This document shows, one piece after another, positions 17,752 through 26,382 of a stretch of 32,000 nt of DNA (position 1 is the stretch's first letter; each line of letters starts with the position of its first letter). Made by a program: the position numbers and the translations under genes. The notes beneath the pieces are model-generated. The model was not told the DNA's origin and made no database searches. It saw only the letters and a program-made list of their open reading frames with translations. Source of the DNA: Pirellula staleyi DSM 6068 (GTDB lineage: Bacteria > Planctomycetota > Planctomycetia > Pirellulales > Pirellulaceae); NCBI GenBank assembly GCA_000025185.1, contig CP001848.1:5130001-5162000 (forward strand). The letters are read 5' to 3'.

Positions 17752-18026
17752 AAATCAGCCAGCTTGATAACCTCGGCGAGTTGCGTGGCGCACTCCTGCC
17801 AACGATCGAGGTCGCAGGGGCTGTCGATCCGCTGCTCGAGGTTCGTAGCGAGAACGCAGAACTCGTCTACATCATCCGCTTACAAGGGACCAAGCATCAG
17901 CCTCGCGTCCGCGCCGCTGGCAACTACCAGGTAACCATTCGCGACGATATCACCGGAAAATCAAAAACGCTTCAGCTGACCGCCACCGCGAGCAACGATG
18001 CCGTCGAGAAAATCTCGCTGGAATAA
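17748..18026 (+). CDS. Probable detached C-terminal segment of the upstream PhoD-like gene (92-aa ORF, GTG start overlapping the upstream TGA as GTGA)
   Basis: This frame is open back to a TAA at 17580-17582. It reads protein-like sequence (DAGPLLVDPTEENSQFAGWPV) immediately before the GTG. The beta-rich sequence is consistent with a terminal domain. It could alternatively be a coupled small gene. Confidence 0.5.
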   Translation: MKISQLDNLGELRGALLPTIEVAGAVDPLLEVRSENAELVYIIRLQGTKHQPRVRAAGNYQVTIRDDITGKSKTLQLTATASNDAVEKISLE

Positions 18027-18104
18027 GATTTTCAGCAAGCACTCGCCGCACTTTGGATCGACTCGCCCAACATCGCAAACTCCATTTTTTGAAAGTTGAT
18101 CTCT

Positions 18105-19619
18105 ATGTACCAGCCAATCCTCGTGCGACTCGCAATTGGGGCGATCGTTGCCTCGTTTTTGGGGAGCTTCGTCTCCGAGATACTTGCGGAAGAATCTCGG
18201 CCAAATGTGATCATCATCAACATCGACGATCTGGGCTATGCCGACATTGGCCCGTTCGGTTCGAAGAAAAACCCCACTCCCGCGCTCACCAAAATGGCCG
18301 CTGAAGGGATGAAACTGACGTCGCATTACGCAGCGCCAGTCTGTTCACCATCGCGCGCAGCGCTGCTGACCGGTTGCTACCCCAAACGGGTCCTCTCGAT
18401 TCCTCACGTACTTTTTCCGTCGGCTGGCTCGGGGCTTCATCCCGACGAAGTGACGATTGCCGACATGCTCAAAGCATCGGGCTACAAAACGGCCTGTCTC
18501 GGAAAATGGCATGTCGGCGACCAAGCTGAGTTTTTGCCGACGAAACAAGGATTCGACTCGTACTACGGAATTCCCTATTCCAACGACATGGGAACTGCCA
18601 CCGATGGCTCGAAGAGCAACTTCGGCGCGCCGCTCCCCATGCCGGGTGCGAAGGGGAAGGGAAAACAGCCTGCTCAGGCAACTGGCGAACTTCCGCTCGG
18701 ATCACCGACCGGATTAACCGGCAACATGCAGCCTCCGCTCCCGCTGCTCGAGAACGACAAAGTCGTGGCGCGGGTACGCGGCGAAGATCAGGTGAACCTC
18801 ACCCGCGACTATACCAAGCGCGCGGTGAACTTCATTCGCGAGAATAAAGACCAGCCGTTTTTCCTCTACTTTGCCCACACAGCAGTTCACTTTCCGATGT
18901 ATCCCTCGAAAGAATTTCGCACGAGTGATCGAGGGACACTCGATGACTGGGTCGATGAAGTCGATGCCAGTGTTGGCGAAGTCTTGGCAGCGCTGGCTGA
19001 AATGAAAATTGACGAAAAGACACTCGTGATTTTCACGAGCGACAATGGTGGCTCGCTGCCACACGGTTCCGACAACACTCCCCTCAAAGGATCGAAGGGA
19101 TTGACATGGGAAGGTGGTATTCGGGTCCCCACGATTGCCCGCTGGCCCGGCACAATCAAGGGAGGCACGAGCACTAGCGCCATCACCGGGATGATCGACC
19201 TGCTCCCCACAATTGCTGCCGCCACCGGCGCAAAACTTCCTGAGCGGAAACTCGATGGGCTGAATCAACTCCCGCTCCTCAATGGCACTGCGAAGGAATC
19301 GCCTCGCCGCGAATTCTTCTACTTCCGTGGGCTCGAACTCGATGCTGTTCGGCGCGACAACTGGAAGCTGCACCTCGCCAAAGGCGAACTCTACGACCTC
19401 GAGAGCGACATTGGGGAGAGCAAGAATGTTGCGGCCGATCATCCGGAGATTGTGAAGTCGCTGACCGAACTGGCTGCCACAGCCGACAACGATCTCGGCC
19501 AAAAAGGGATTGGCCCTGGGGTCCGTCCACTTGGAACGGTGGAAGCCCCTCGTCCGCTGATTGGTCGCGACGGAACAGTACGCGCCGACGCTGTCGGCGA
19601 TGCGAAGATACTCCCTTAA
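18105..19619 (+). CDS. Exported Cys-type sulfatase (S1 family, arylsulfatase-like)
   Basis: ATG 18105 (the track starts at TTG 18096). Has a signal peptide, VIIINIDDLGYADIGPFG, the FGly motif C-S-P-S-R (PVCSPSRAALLTG), FTSDNGG and GGIRVP. Confidence 0.9.
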   Translation: MYQPILVRLAIGAIVASFLGSFVSEILAEESRPNVIIINIDDLGYADIGPFGSKKNPTPALTKMAAEGMKLTSHYAAPVCSPSRAALLTGCYPKRVLSIPHVLFPSAGSGLHPDEVTIADMLKASGYKTACLGKWHVGDQAEFLPTKQGFDSYYGIPYSNDMGTATDGSKSNFGAPLPMPGAKGKGKQPAQATGELPLGSPTGLTGNMQPPLPLLENDKVVARVRGEDQVNLTRDYTKRAVNFIRENKDQPFFLYFAHTAVHFPMYPSKEFRTSDRGTLDDWVDEVDASVGEVLAALAEMKIDEKTLVIFTSDNGGSLPHGSDNTPLKGSKGLTWEGGIRVPTIARWPGTIKGGTSTSAITGMIDLLPTIAAATGAKLPERKLDGLNQLPLLNGTAKESPRREFFYFRGLELDAVRRDNWKLHLAKGELYDLESDIGESKNVAADHPEIVKSLTELAATADNDLGQKGIGPGVRPLGTVEAPRPLIGRDGTVRADAVGDAKILP

Positions 19620-19632
19620 CCGCCGATTTTCA

Positions 19633-19661
19633 TTGACAGCTGTACCTAAACTCTTTATTAT
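19633..19661 (+). promoter_or_regulatory. Sigma-70-like promoter candidate for the sulfatase gene at 19704
   Basis: TTGACA (19633-19638), a 17-nt spacer, then TATTAT (19656-19661), all in a 35% G+C spacer (21/60 by hand count for 19621-19680). AGGA at 19691-19694 lies ~10 nt before the ATG. Planctomycete promoter rules are poorly known, so this is an extrapolation from E. coli. Confidence 0.35.
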
Positions 19662-19674
19662 TTTCTAAAGAGTT
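19649..19674. repeat. Perfect inverted repeat AACTCTTTA-N8-TAAAGAGTT overlapping the putative -10
   Basis: Read directly: arms at 19649-19657 and 19666-19674, spacer TTATTTTC. It could be an operator or a weak AT-rich hairpin after the upstream sulfatase stop (19619). Confidence 0.45.
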
Positions 19675-19703
19675 ACTACCTGATTACTTCAGGATTTTTT
19701 ACT

Positions 19704-21191
19704 ATGTTACGCAAAAACTATCGCGCACTTCTTCAATACTTTGCATTTACCGTCGTCTGTTTATCGGCAAACTACCTGGTAAGAAGCGCGCAAGCAGCTG
19801 ACAGTGATAGGCCGAACATCATTTGGCTGATGGCCGACGATTTGGGCTATGGCGATGTCGGCTGTTATGGCCAGAAAGTGATCGCGACTCCGAACATCGA
19901 TCAGATGGCGCGCGAGGGACTTCGCTTTACGCAGTTCTATTCCGGCGCGACGGTCTGCGCGCCGTCTCGCAGTGTGCTGATGACGGGACTGCATCATGGT
20001 CACACCCGTGTACGAGGAAATGCAGGGGCCGGTAATCCAGCGGCGCAGGCACTTCGCGCCGACGACTTCACCGTGGCCAAGTTCCTTCAGCAAGCAGGCT
20101 ATCGCACGGCGCTCGTGGGTAAATGGGGACTCGGCGACGACGGCCAGGCAAGCACAGGGCTGCCACGCAAACAAGGCTTCGACGAGTTTGTGGGGTATCT
20201 CAATCAGCGTCACGCGCACAACCATTTCCCCTCGTTTCTCTGGCGAAATGAAGAGAAATTTCCACTTCCCAACGTACCCGAACTCGAAGAGCCGGATGGA
20301 TCAGGCTACCCCAAGAAGGCGGTGCAGTTCGCCGACGATCTGCTCACCGAAGAGGCGCTTGCATTTGTCGAGCGCAATCGCGAGCAACCTTTCTTTCTTT
20401 ACTGGACCCCCGTCATTCCCCACGCCAACAACGAGCGTGCGCGAGATCTTGGCAATGGTGCACAAGTTCCCGACTTCGGTCCCTACGAGAAAGAAACGTG
20501 GCCTGAGCAAGACAAGGGTCAAGCTGCCATGATTCATCGGCTCGATACCTATGTCGGGCGCATGCTCGCAAAGCTCAAGCAGCTCAAGCTCGATCAAAAA
20601 ACACTCTTCATCTTTACGAGCGACAATGGCCCCCACAACGAAGCGCGACATAACCTCGAGCGTTTCCAGCCCTCCGGTTCATGGACAGGCATCAAACGTA
20701 GCTTGCACGATGGTGGCATTCGTGTCCCCATGATTTGCTGGTGGCCTGGCACGATCGCGCCACAGCAAGTTTCGGAGCATGTTGGCTACTCAGGCGATTT
20801 CTTTGCCACCGCCGCGGAACTTGCCAGCCGACCCGCACCGGCAGGACTCGACTCGATCAGCTTTGCTTCGACCTTGCGTGGCGATTCGAGCAAACAAGCA
20901 AAACATGAGTTTCTGTACTGGGAATTCCACGAAAATGGCTTCTCGCAAGCCACGCTCTGCGAAGGACGTTACAAGGGAATTCGTCTGCGTGATCCCGATG
21001 CACCAATCGCTGTTTACGATTTGCAAACCGATCCGCAAGAGCGAGTCGACATCGCTGCCACCAATCCCGCGCTCGCCGCGCGACTCGACCACTACCTCAA
21101 GTCGGCACGCACCACTAACGAAGACTGGCCCGCTCGCAAACCAGCTGCTGGTAACCAAGGCGCAAAAGGAAAGAAGTCGAAGTCCCCCTAG
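19704..21191 (+). CDS. Exported Cys-type sulfatase (S1 family, arylsulfatase A/GALNS-like)
   Basis: Has a signal peptide, IIWLMADDLGYGDVGCYG, the FGly motif C-A-P-S-R (TVCAPSRSVLMTG), FTSDNGPH and GGIRVPMI. It ends in a Lys-rich tail. Confidence 0.9.
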   Translation: MLRKNYRALLQYFAFTVVCLSANYLVRSAQAADSDRPNIIWLMADDLGYGDVGCYGQKVIATPNIDQMAREGLRFTQFYSGATVCAPSRSVLMTGLHHGHTRVRGNAGAGNPAAQALRADDFTVAKFLQQAGYRTALVGKWGLGDDGQASTGLPRKQGFDEFVGYLNQRHAHNHFPSFLWRNEEKFPLPNVPELEEPDGSGYPKKAVQFADDLLTEEALAFVERNREQPFFLYWTPVIPHANNERARDLGNGAQVPDFGPYEKETWPEQDKGQAAMIHRLDTYVGRMLAKLKQLKLDQKTLFIFTSDNGPHNEARHNLERFQPSGSWTGIKRSLHDGGIRVPMICWWPGTIAPQQVSEHVGYSGDFFATAAELASRPAPAGLDSISFASTLRGDSSKQAKHEFLYWEFHENGFSQATLCEGRYKGIRLRDPDAPIAVYDLQTDPQERVDIAATNPALAARLDHYLKSARTTNEDWPARKPAAGNQGAKGKKSKSP

Positions 21192-21295
21192 TTCGCGAAT
21201 TGCTCGGAGAAGGTCTTGCATCCAGCTGCATCATCGATCGCGAGACCTTGAGCATCACAAATTTAAGTTTATTCTTTTCGTCAGCGAGGCACTTC

Positions 21296-22198
21296 ATGTT
21301 TATCCGTTCCGCATCGCTCATTCCTTGCTTGCTCACTCTGCTGCTGGTCGTCGCGAGTTCCGTATCGCACGCACAAGATCGCGCCTATCCACCCAAGTTC
21401 AAGGGTGCCAAAGAGCAAACCTATCGCGAGGTCGATGGAGTGAAGCTCAGTTGCTGGATCATCGAGCCGAAGATGCATGCCGCCAGCGACAAAAAGCCTT
21501 GCATTTTGTTCTTCTTTGGCGGCGGATGGACCAGTGGAACGCCATCGCAGTTCGTGAATCAGGCCCAGCATTTTGCCGAGCGTGGAATGGTGGCAATTCT
21601 TTGCGACTACCGAGTCGCCTCGCGACACAAAGTGGCCCCCGCTGAGTGTGTCAGCGACGCCCGTGCTGCAGTCGCTTGGACCAAGTCGCAGGCCGATAAG
21701 CTGGGTGTCGATCCAAGTAAAATTGTCGTCGCTGGTGGATCTGCCGGAGGTCACCTGGCTGCCTGCTGCGGTACCTTGCCAACCGATGCTAAGGAACTTC
21801 CTGCAGCAATGATTTTGTTCAATCCCGCGCTCATTACCGCGCCAGTGGAAGGGAAGTTCGAGATTTCGGAAGCTCGTGCGAAAGGCCTGTTCGCTCGTTT
21901 TGGAAAAGATCCTGCAAAACTCTCTCCCTACCATCACATTCGCAAAGAACTTCCGCCGACTCTCATCCTGCATGGCAAAGCCGACAGCACCGTTCCCTAT
22001 GCGTCTGTCGAGCTGTTTACTGAAGCCATGAAGAGTGCGGGGAATCGCTGCGAGCTTGTGGGCTACGATGACGCTGCGCACGGATTTTTTAATTACGGGC
22101 GTGGTGACAATGCGGCCTATCGCGCTACACTCACTCGCGCCGATGAATTCCTCGTGTCGCTTCAGCTGCTAAGCCCACCGAAAGGTGCAGACAAATAG
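21296..22198 (+). CDS. Exported alpha/beta-hydrolase esterase (HGGG/GxSxG, fold-3 type)
   Basis: ATG 21296 gives the signal MFIRSASLIPCLLTLLLVVASSVSHA. Oxyanion-hole motif FFFGGGW. Nucleophile elbow VAGGSAGGHLA. Later HGKADSTVP and DDAAHGF fit an Asp/His triad. Confidence 0.75.
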   Translation: MFIRSASLIPCLLTLLLVVASSVSHAQDRAYPPKFKGAKEQTYREVDGVKLSCWIIEPKMHAASDKKPCILFFFGGGWTSGTPSQFVNQAQHFAERGMVAILCDYRVASRHKVAPAECVSDARAAVAWTKSQADKLGVDPSKIVVAGGSAGGHLAACCGTLPTDAKELPAAMILFNPALITAPVEGKFEISEARAKGLFARFGKDPAKLSPYHHIRKELPPTLILHGKADSTVPYASVELFTEAMKSAGNRCELVGYDDAAHGFFNYGRGDNAAYRATLTRADEFLVSLQLLSPPKGADK

Positions 22199-22222
22199 CG
22201 CGAGCCGTCGCCGCTCCCCAAC

Positions 22223-23386
22223 TTAGCGAACCGTTCGCATGTAGCGCATGAAATCGGCTTCGAGCTTCGAAGTGTCGTCTCCTAGATGCTTCGTAAACAG
22301 TTTCAGTCGCTCTTCATTGCCTTCGGCGACCAGCGGCGTGAGCTGCGAGAGTTCCTTGAGATAAACGGCGAACTTATCACCACGTGTTTTCATCAAAAAA
22401 TAGACGAGTGCCCACGATTGACCATAGGCAGCTGAGGCCTGTTTCGGATCGCGAAATCGGCTGTCGTCGAGCATCGATTCCATCAGCTTTCCGGCTGGAA
22501 TTTCGTTGAGCGACTGCCGAAAGTTCAGCAGATTCACACGATTCACTCCGCCGATATTGCGCCACCCTTTAGCGCTCGCCAAATCGGGTGTCTCGAAATA
22601 AATCGCTAGTCCCTCGCTCACCCAAAACGGAATATCGGCAAACCGCTGCTGAAATCCGCTGTTGTGCACCAGCTGATGCGTCGCTTCGTGCACGATCGTC
22701 GCGACGTTTCGTTCAGCCTCGGGGCGCGAGAGAATCTGATTGATTTTTGCCGCTGCTTGTTTGCCCCCCGTCACGCTGTCGTTCTGCGACCCGGTCAGGT
22801 CGTACATCACCACTCGATTGGTTTGCAAACTGTAGTAGCCAATAATCGAGAGCGAACCTTCTCCCAGTTCATGACGCGAGAACGCGGCGTAACTCGACTG
22901 ACTATCAAACACTACGGCGACCAGTGGAAACTCGGGGTCCTTGAGTTCAATGCCGCGATGTGTCCAGAAGGTGTAGAACGCTGAGTAGAGACGCTCGTAA
23001 AGTGCGCCGACCCATTCGGCATACACATTCGACGTGTTGTAAATAATCAGATAGTGCTTGGTGGAGTGTACGCGAAAACCATCGGGAAGATCTTTCAGCG
23101 TAGCGGCTGCTAAATCGGCTGCTGCGAGTGGCGCAAACGGAGTATCGTCGCTCTTACGCGAAACAAGTTCCTCTTTGGGAATCGGCCACAGTTGACCATC
23201 AACCCCGAGTAGCAGAATACCACCATCGGCCGCTTCAACCTCCACCTTGCCAACGAGCAAACGCTCGCGACCATCGCGTTTCATCGTCACGTGCTCGATC
23301 GCTAAAGCCGCTTGACCGCTCACTAGTACGAAACAAGCGATCAACATCGCAGCCAGCACTGGCGAAGCTCGTCGGGGGTGCAGCAT
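22223..23386 (-). CDS. Exported DUF1570-like putative zinc metallopeptidase (HExxH)
   Basis: 387-aa ORF with ATG start and signal MLHPRRASPVLAAMLIACFVLVSGQAALA. It has an HExxH motif in IVHEATHQLVHNSGF. The family name is from memory of planctomycete DUF1570 proteins and was not searched. Confidence 0.55.
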   Translation of the reverse strand: MLHPRRASPVLAAMLIACFVLVSGQAALAIEHVTMKRDGRERLLVGKVEVEAADGGILLLGVDGQLWPIPKEELVSRKSDDTPFAPLAAADLAAATLKDLPDGFRVHSTKHYLIIYNTSNVYAEWVGALYERLYSAFYTFWTHRGIELKDPEFPLVAVVFDSQSSYAAFSRHELGEGSLSIIGYYSLQTNRVVMYDLTGSQNDSVTGGKQAAAKINQILSRPEAERNVATIVHEATHQLVHNSGFQQRFADIPFWVSEGLAIYFETPDLASAKGWRNIGGVNRVNLLNFRQSLNEIPAGKLMESMLDDSRFRDPKQASAAYGQSWALVYFLMKTRGDKFAVYLKELSQLTPLVAEGNEERLKLFTKHLGDDTSKLEADFMRYMRTVR

Positions 23387-23516
23387 TCGTTGGCTCCGCA
23401 GCGGAAGAGGTTGATGGAAATCGCGTAACTTTATTCTAGCTCAGTGCGCTGCGCCGTCAGCCACGAAATAATCGTCGTGCTCCCTACAATCTGACCTCGA
23501 TCGCGAAATGGATCGC

Positions 23517-25115
23517 TTATCGAACAGTTGGCGGCTGAACAACGCGCCACAGCAGCGCGGCAACTCCGATGTAGGCCACCAGCATCACGAGCGAAATCCC
23601 CGCCACTTGCTGGTCGACCCCATAATGCACCAGGCCGAACAAGCGACGTGTAATTGTGTCGACACTCGGTGGAAGTGCCAGGAACGAGCAGCTGAGTTCC
23701 CCCCAACTGATCGCCACCCCAAGCAGCCAGGCAGAGCCGAGCGCAATGCGCCGCTCGGAGAGCAGTAGCCACGCAACAGCCCCGCGCGACGAATAGCCAT
23801 CGAGCATCGCGGCGTCGATTTTTCGTGTGTCGATGCTCAAGATCGTTTGCCACAACAGAAGGGCGACGAGTGGAACAATCCGAAACGATTGCGCAATGAC
23901 CGGCATCAGCATCGAGTGGTCCATCAAATAGGCCAAGCTTCCGCGACTTTCGCCGCGCACAAGACTCAGCATCATTCCGACGACAGGACCGGGCATACCC
24001 AGTCCGATCGCGCACAGCAGCGCGAGCAAGATCCAGCCCCACTTCACGCGCGAGGCGATCCAAGCGATCAGCAGCGCGAGGATCCAGCCTGCCGAAGCCG
24101 CCTGTACTGCAAGGGCGATCGACCACTGAAACTCGCGATAAAACTGACTAGGTGTTTCGAGAACGACACGCGCCGCTGCGAGAGCCGACCAGGTCCGCAT
24201 TGGTTCATCGCTGGCATTCCGCAAAACCACCAGCCCCGCTTGCGACAGTAAATTCGTGACGGGAACAAGCGTGATGGCTCCCAGCGAAACGAAAACGACG
24301 ACAATCGCGAGCGATTTTGTCAGGCCCGAAGTGATGAGCAAGACCGGGCGACGAGCGTTTTGCACTTCAGCAAGATTCAGCTGCGAGGTTACCCAAAACA
24401 GACTGCTCACCGCGAGCACCAACATCGCCAGCAGGGGAGCGAGCGACGGCAAGATTTCTTCGAGTCCCGCCGCCAGCGCGAGTCGCGAATAGAGATGCTC
24501 GGTAAACGTGTTCACGAGATAGACGTTGGTCACCGTCATCTCTCCCACGGTGGCCACCATGCCCCACACCATCGACATCGCCATCGCACTGGCGACACGC
24601 GGCAGGGTGACGCGCACAAGTACACCCGTTTCAGACATCTCGAGCAGTGCCTGCTCTTCCAGACGTGGATCGATCGACGCGAGTCGCACCAGCACCAGCA
24701 GCGTCGACCAAGGGAGCAGCGCCAGTGAATGAATCCAAATGGCGGCCGTGATTCCCGACATCCAAGGCCGATCGGGCGCTGCTGTTGCCACCGATAGCCA
24801 GCCGAGACTCCCGAGCATCGCATCCCAAGCGGCCAGGTGGACATACAGCGGAAGCAGCATTCCCGCGATCACCAGCACAATGGCTATCGATCGTCCCGGA
24901 AAACGGGCTCGCGCTAGACATAGCGCCAGCATCGTCCCCCAGATTGTTGACAGTAGACCGGCGGAGCCAGCAAGCACGAGCGAGCGCGTGAGAAGTTCGC
25001 GGTGAAGCGCGCTGGAAAAGCTCAGGACGACGAGCGACAAAAGCGCGATCGTCGCGAGTGCCAGTGAGGCACGCGAAAGAGAAAATCGGGAAGCGGTTTG
25101 CACTCGGTCGGCCAT
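23517..25115 (-). CDS. Two-domain ABC transporter permease (FbpB/ThiP-like); no ATPase or binding protein adjacent
   Basis: 532 aa and very hydrophobic (~12 TM). There are two EAA-loop-like segments, one per half: LEEQALLEMSETGVLVRVTLP and IDAAMLDGYSSRGAVAWLLL. Confidence 0.7.
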   Translation of the reverse strand: MADRVQTASRFSLSRASLALATIALLSLVVLSFSSALHRELLTRSLVLAGSAGLLSTIWGTMLALCLARARFPGRSIAIVLVIAGMLLPLYVHLAAWDAMLGSLGWLSVATAAPDRPWMSGITAAIWIHSLALLPWSTLLVLVRLASIDPRLEEQALLEMSETGVLVRVTLPRVASAMAMSMVWGMVATVGEMTVTNVYLVNTFTEHLYSRLALAAGLEEILPSLAPLLAMLVLAVSSLFWVTSQLNLAEVQNARRPVLLITSGLTKSLAIVVVFVSLGAITLVPVTNLLSQAGLVVLRNASDEPMRTWSALAAARVVLETPSQFYREFQWSIALAVQAASAGWILALLIAWIASRVKWGWILLALLCAIGLGMPGPVVGMMLSLVRGESRGSLAYLMDHSMLMPVIAQSFRIVPLVALLLWQTILSIDTRKIDAAMLDGYSSRGAVAWLLLSERRIALGSAWLLGVAISWGELSCSFLALPPSVDTITRRLFGLVHYGVDQQVAGISLVMLVAYIGVAALLWRVVQPPTVR

Positions 25116-25228
25116 GTAACTGAGTGTAATAGCCGACTGCGATTCTCAGTAGATAGACCGCGCACCATTTATTTATATGCCGGTCCAGCTATTTCGCCGC
25201 ATTTTGCTCGGATTCTACGCCACACGGA

Positions 25229-26194
25229 CTAGCGCGGGGCGGGACCAGCAGCAGGCTTTGCTGCTTCGGCAGTGGCATTGGACGACGCCGGGGAATCGGC
25301 CTGCGCAGGTTCTTCGGTGAAGCGGGCCAGATACTTCATCACACTATCGGGACCATTGAAGCCGATCACTTGCTCGTTGAGATCCATTTGCTTGTAGATC
25401 AGCTTACCGGCATCGACATCAAACTTAATCAGCCCCTTTTGCATCCGCTGCACCAGTTGCGACTGAATCTTGGGGTCGTTCACCGGCGTGAGGACCTGCG
25501 TCTCGACCGAGATCGTCGCCACTCCTGTCATCACGCTATCGAGCCGATAGACCTGACGCGTCGAGATTTTTTTGACCGTTCCGTCATCGAGTTTGACTTT
25601 GATTTCATCGGGAATCGACCACCGCTGTCCCACACGCACCGGCTGCGCAGGAAGTGGAATACTGAGTTCGCCAATCCCCGGATTGAACTGCGGCTGAGCA
25701 TCTTTTCGCGACAGCACGCGACCATACTTGTCCATCGTGATCGTCGCCAGCGGAATCCCCACCGACTGCATCACATGTTCATAGCCAGGAGGGGCCGATT
25801 TATCGGTGCGGCTGTCGAACTTCACTTCCTGACGACCACTCACCCCTTGCCACATTTCGACATGCTCGACGCTATGCACAAACGTCGCAGTCCCGGCTTC
25901 ATCGACCGAGGTGATCGTCCAGAGCTTCGACGAGATGCTACGTGTCTTGGCCGTTTGCGAGACCTTTTTGATCTCGGTATCCACCGTCACCAGATGCAGC
26001 ACCTTGGTTCGGATTTCATCACCCGCCGTGAGCTTGTAGGCCAAGGTGTAAGTCGGCTCTTTGGCCGAAATATCTTCGGCTGGCAAAATCGCTGGTGGAG
26101 CAGAGGCGGTTTCGTCGCTCAGTAGAGGAGCCACTTTCGTGAGCCCCAGCACCAGGAACAGAAGAGCAACGAACGAGCGAATTGTGTTTGCCAT
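25229..26194 (-). CDS. Secreted protein of unknown function
   Basis: The ORF runs 25229..26212 with a TTG start. ATG 26194 gives the signal-like MANTIRSFVALLFLVLGLTKVAPLL. The body is beta-strand-like and the tail is Ala/Pro-rich. I recognise no motif. Confidence 0.5.
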   Translation of the reverse strand: MANTIRSFVALLFLVLGLTKVAPLLSDETASAPPAILPAEDISAKEPTYTLAYKLTAGDEIRTKVLHLVTVDTEIKKVSQTAKTRSISSKLWTITSVDEAGTATFVHSVEHVEMWQGVSGRQEVKFDSRTDKSAPPGYEHVMQSVGIPLATITMDKYGRVLSRKDAQPQFNPGIGELSIPLPAQPVRVGQRWSIPDEIKVKLDDGTVKKISTRQVYRLDSVMTGVATISVETQVLTPVNDPKIQSQLVQRMQKGLIKFDVDAGKLIYKQMDLNEQVIGFNGPDSVMKYLARFTEEPAQADSPASSNATAEAAKPAAGPAPR

Positions 26195-26382
26195 GACAGA
26201 CTTCCTTGCCAATCGAGCGCGAGCATCCTGCGAAACCAGACCAGTTCAAAACTTGCGCAGAGGAAATATGGTGCGCAACACCCTTTTGATGCAAGATCAG
26301 TCGCGAGCCACCCCGGGCTGCTAGCAGCTTGATTCCCGCGAATGGCTGCTATTGGATGGCACGGGACACAGAAATATCGCGA

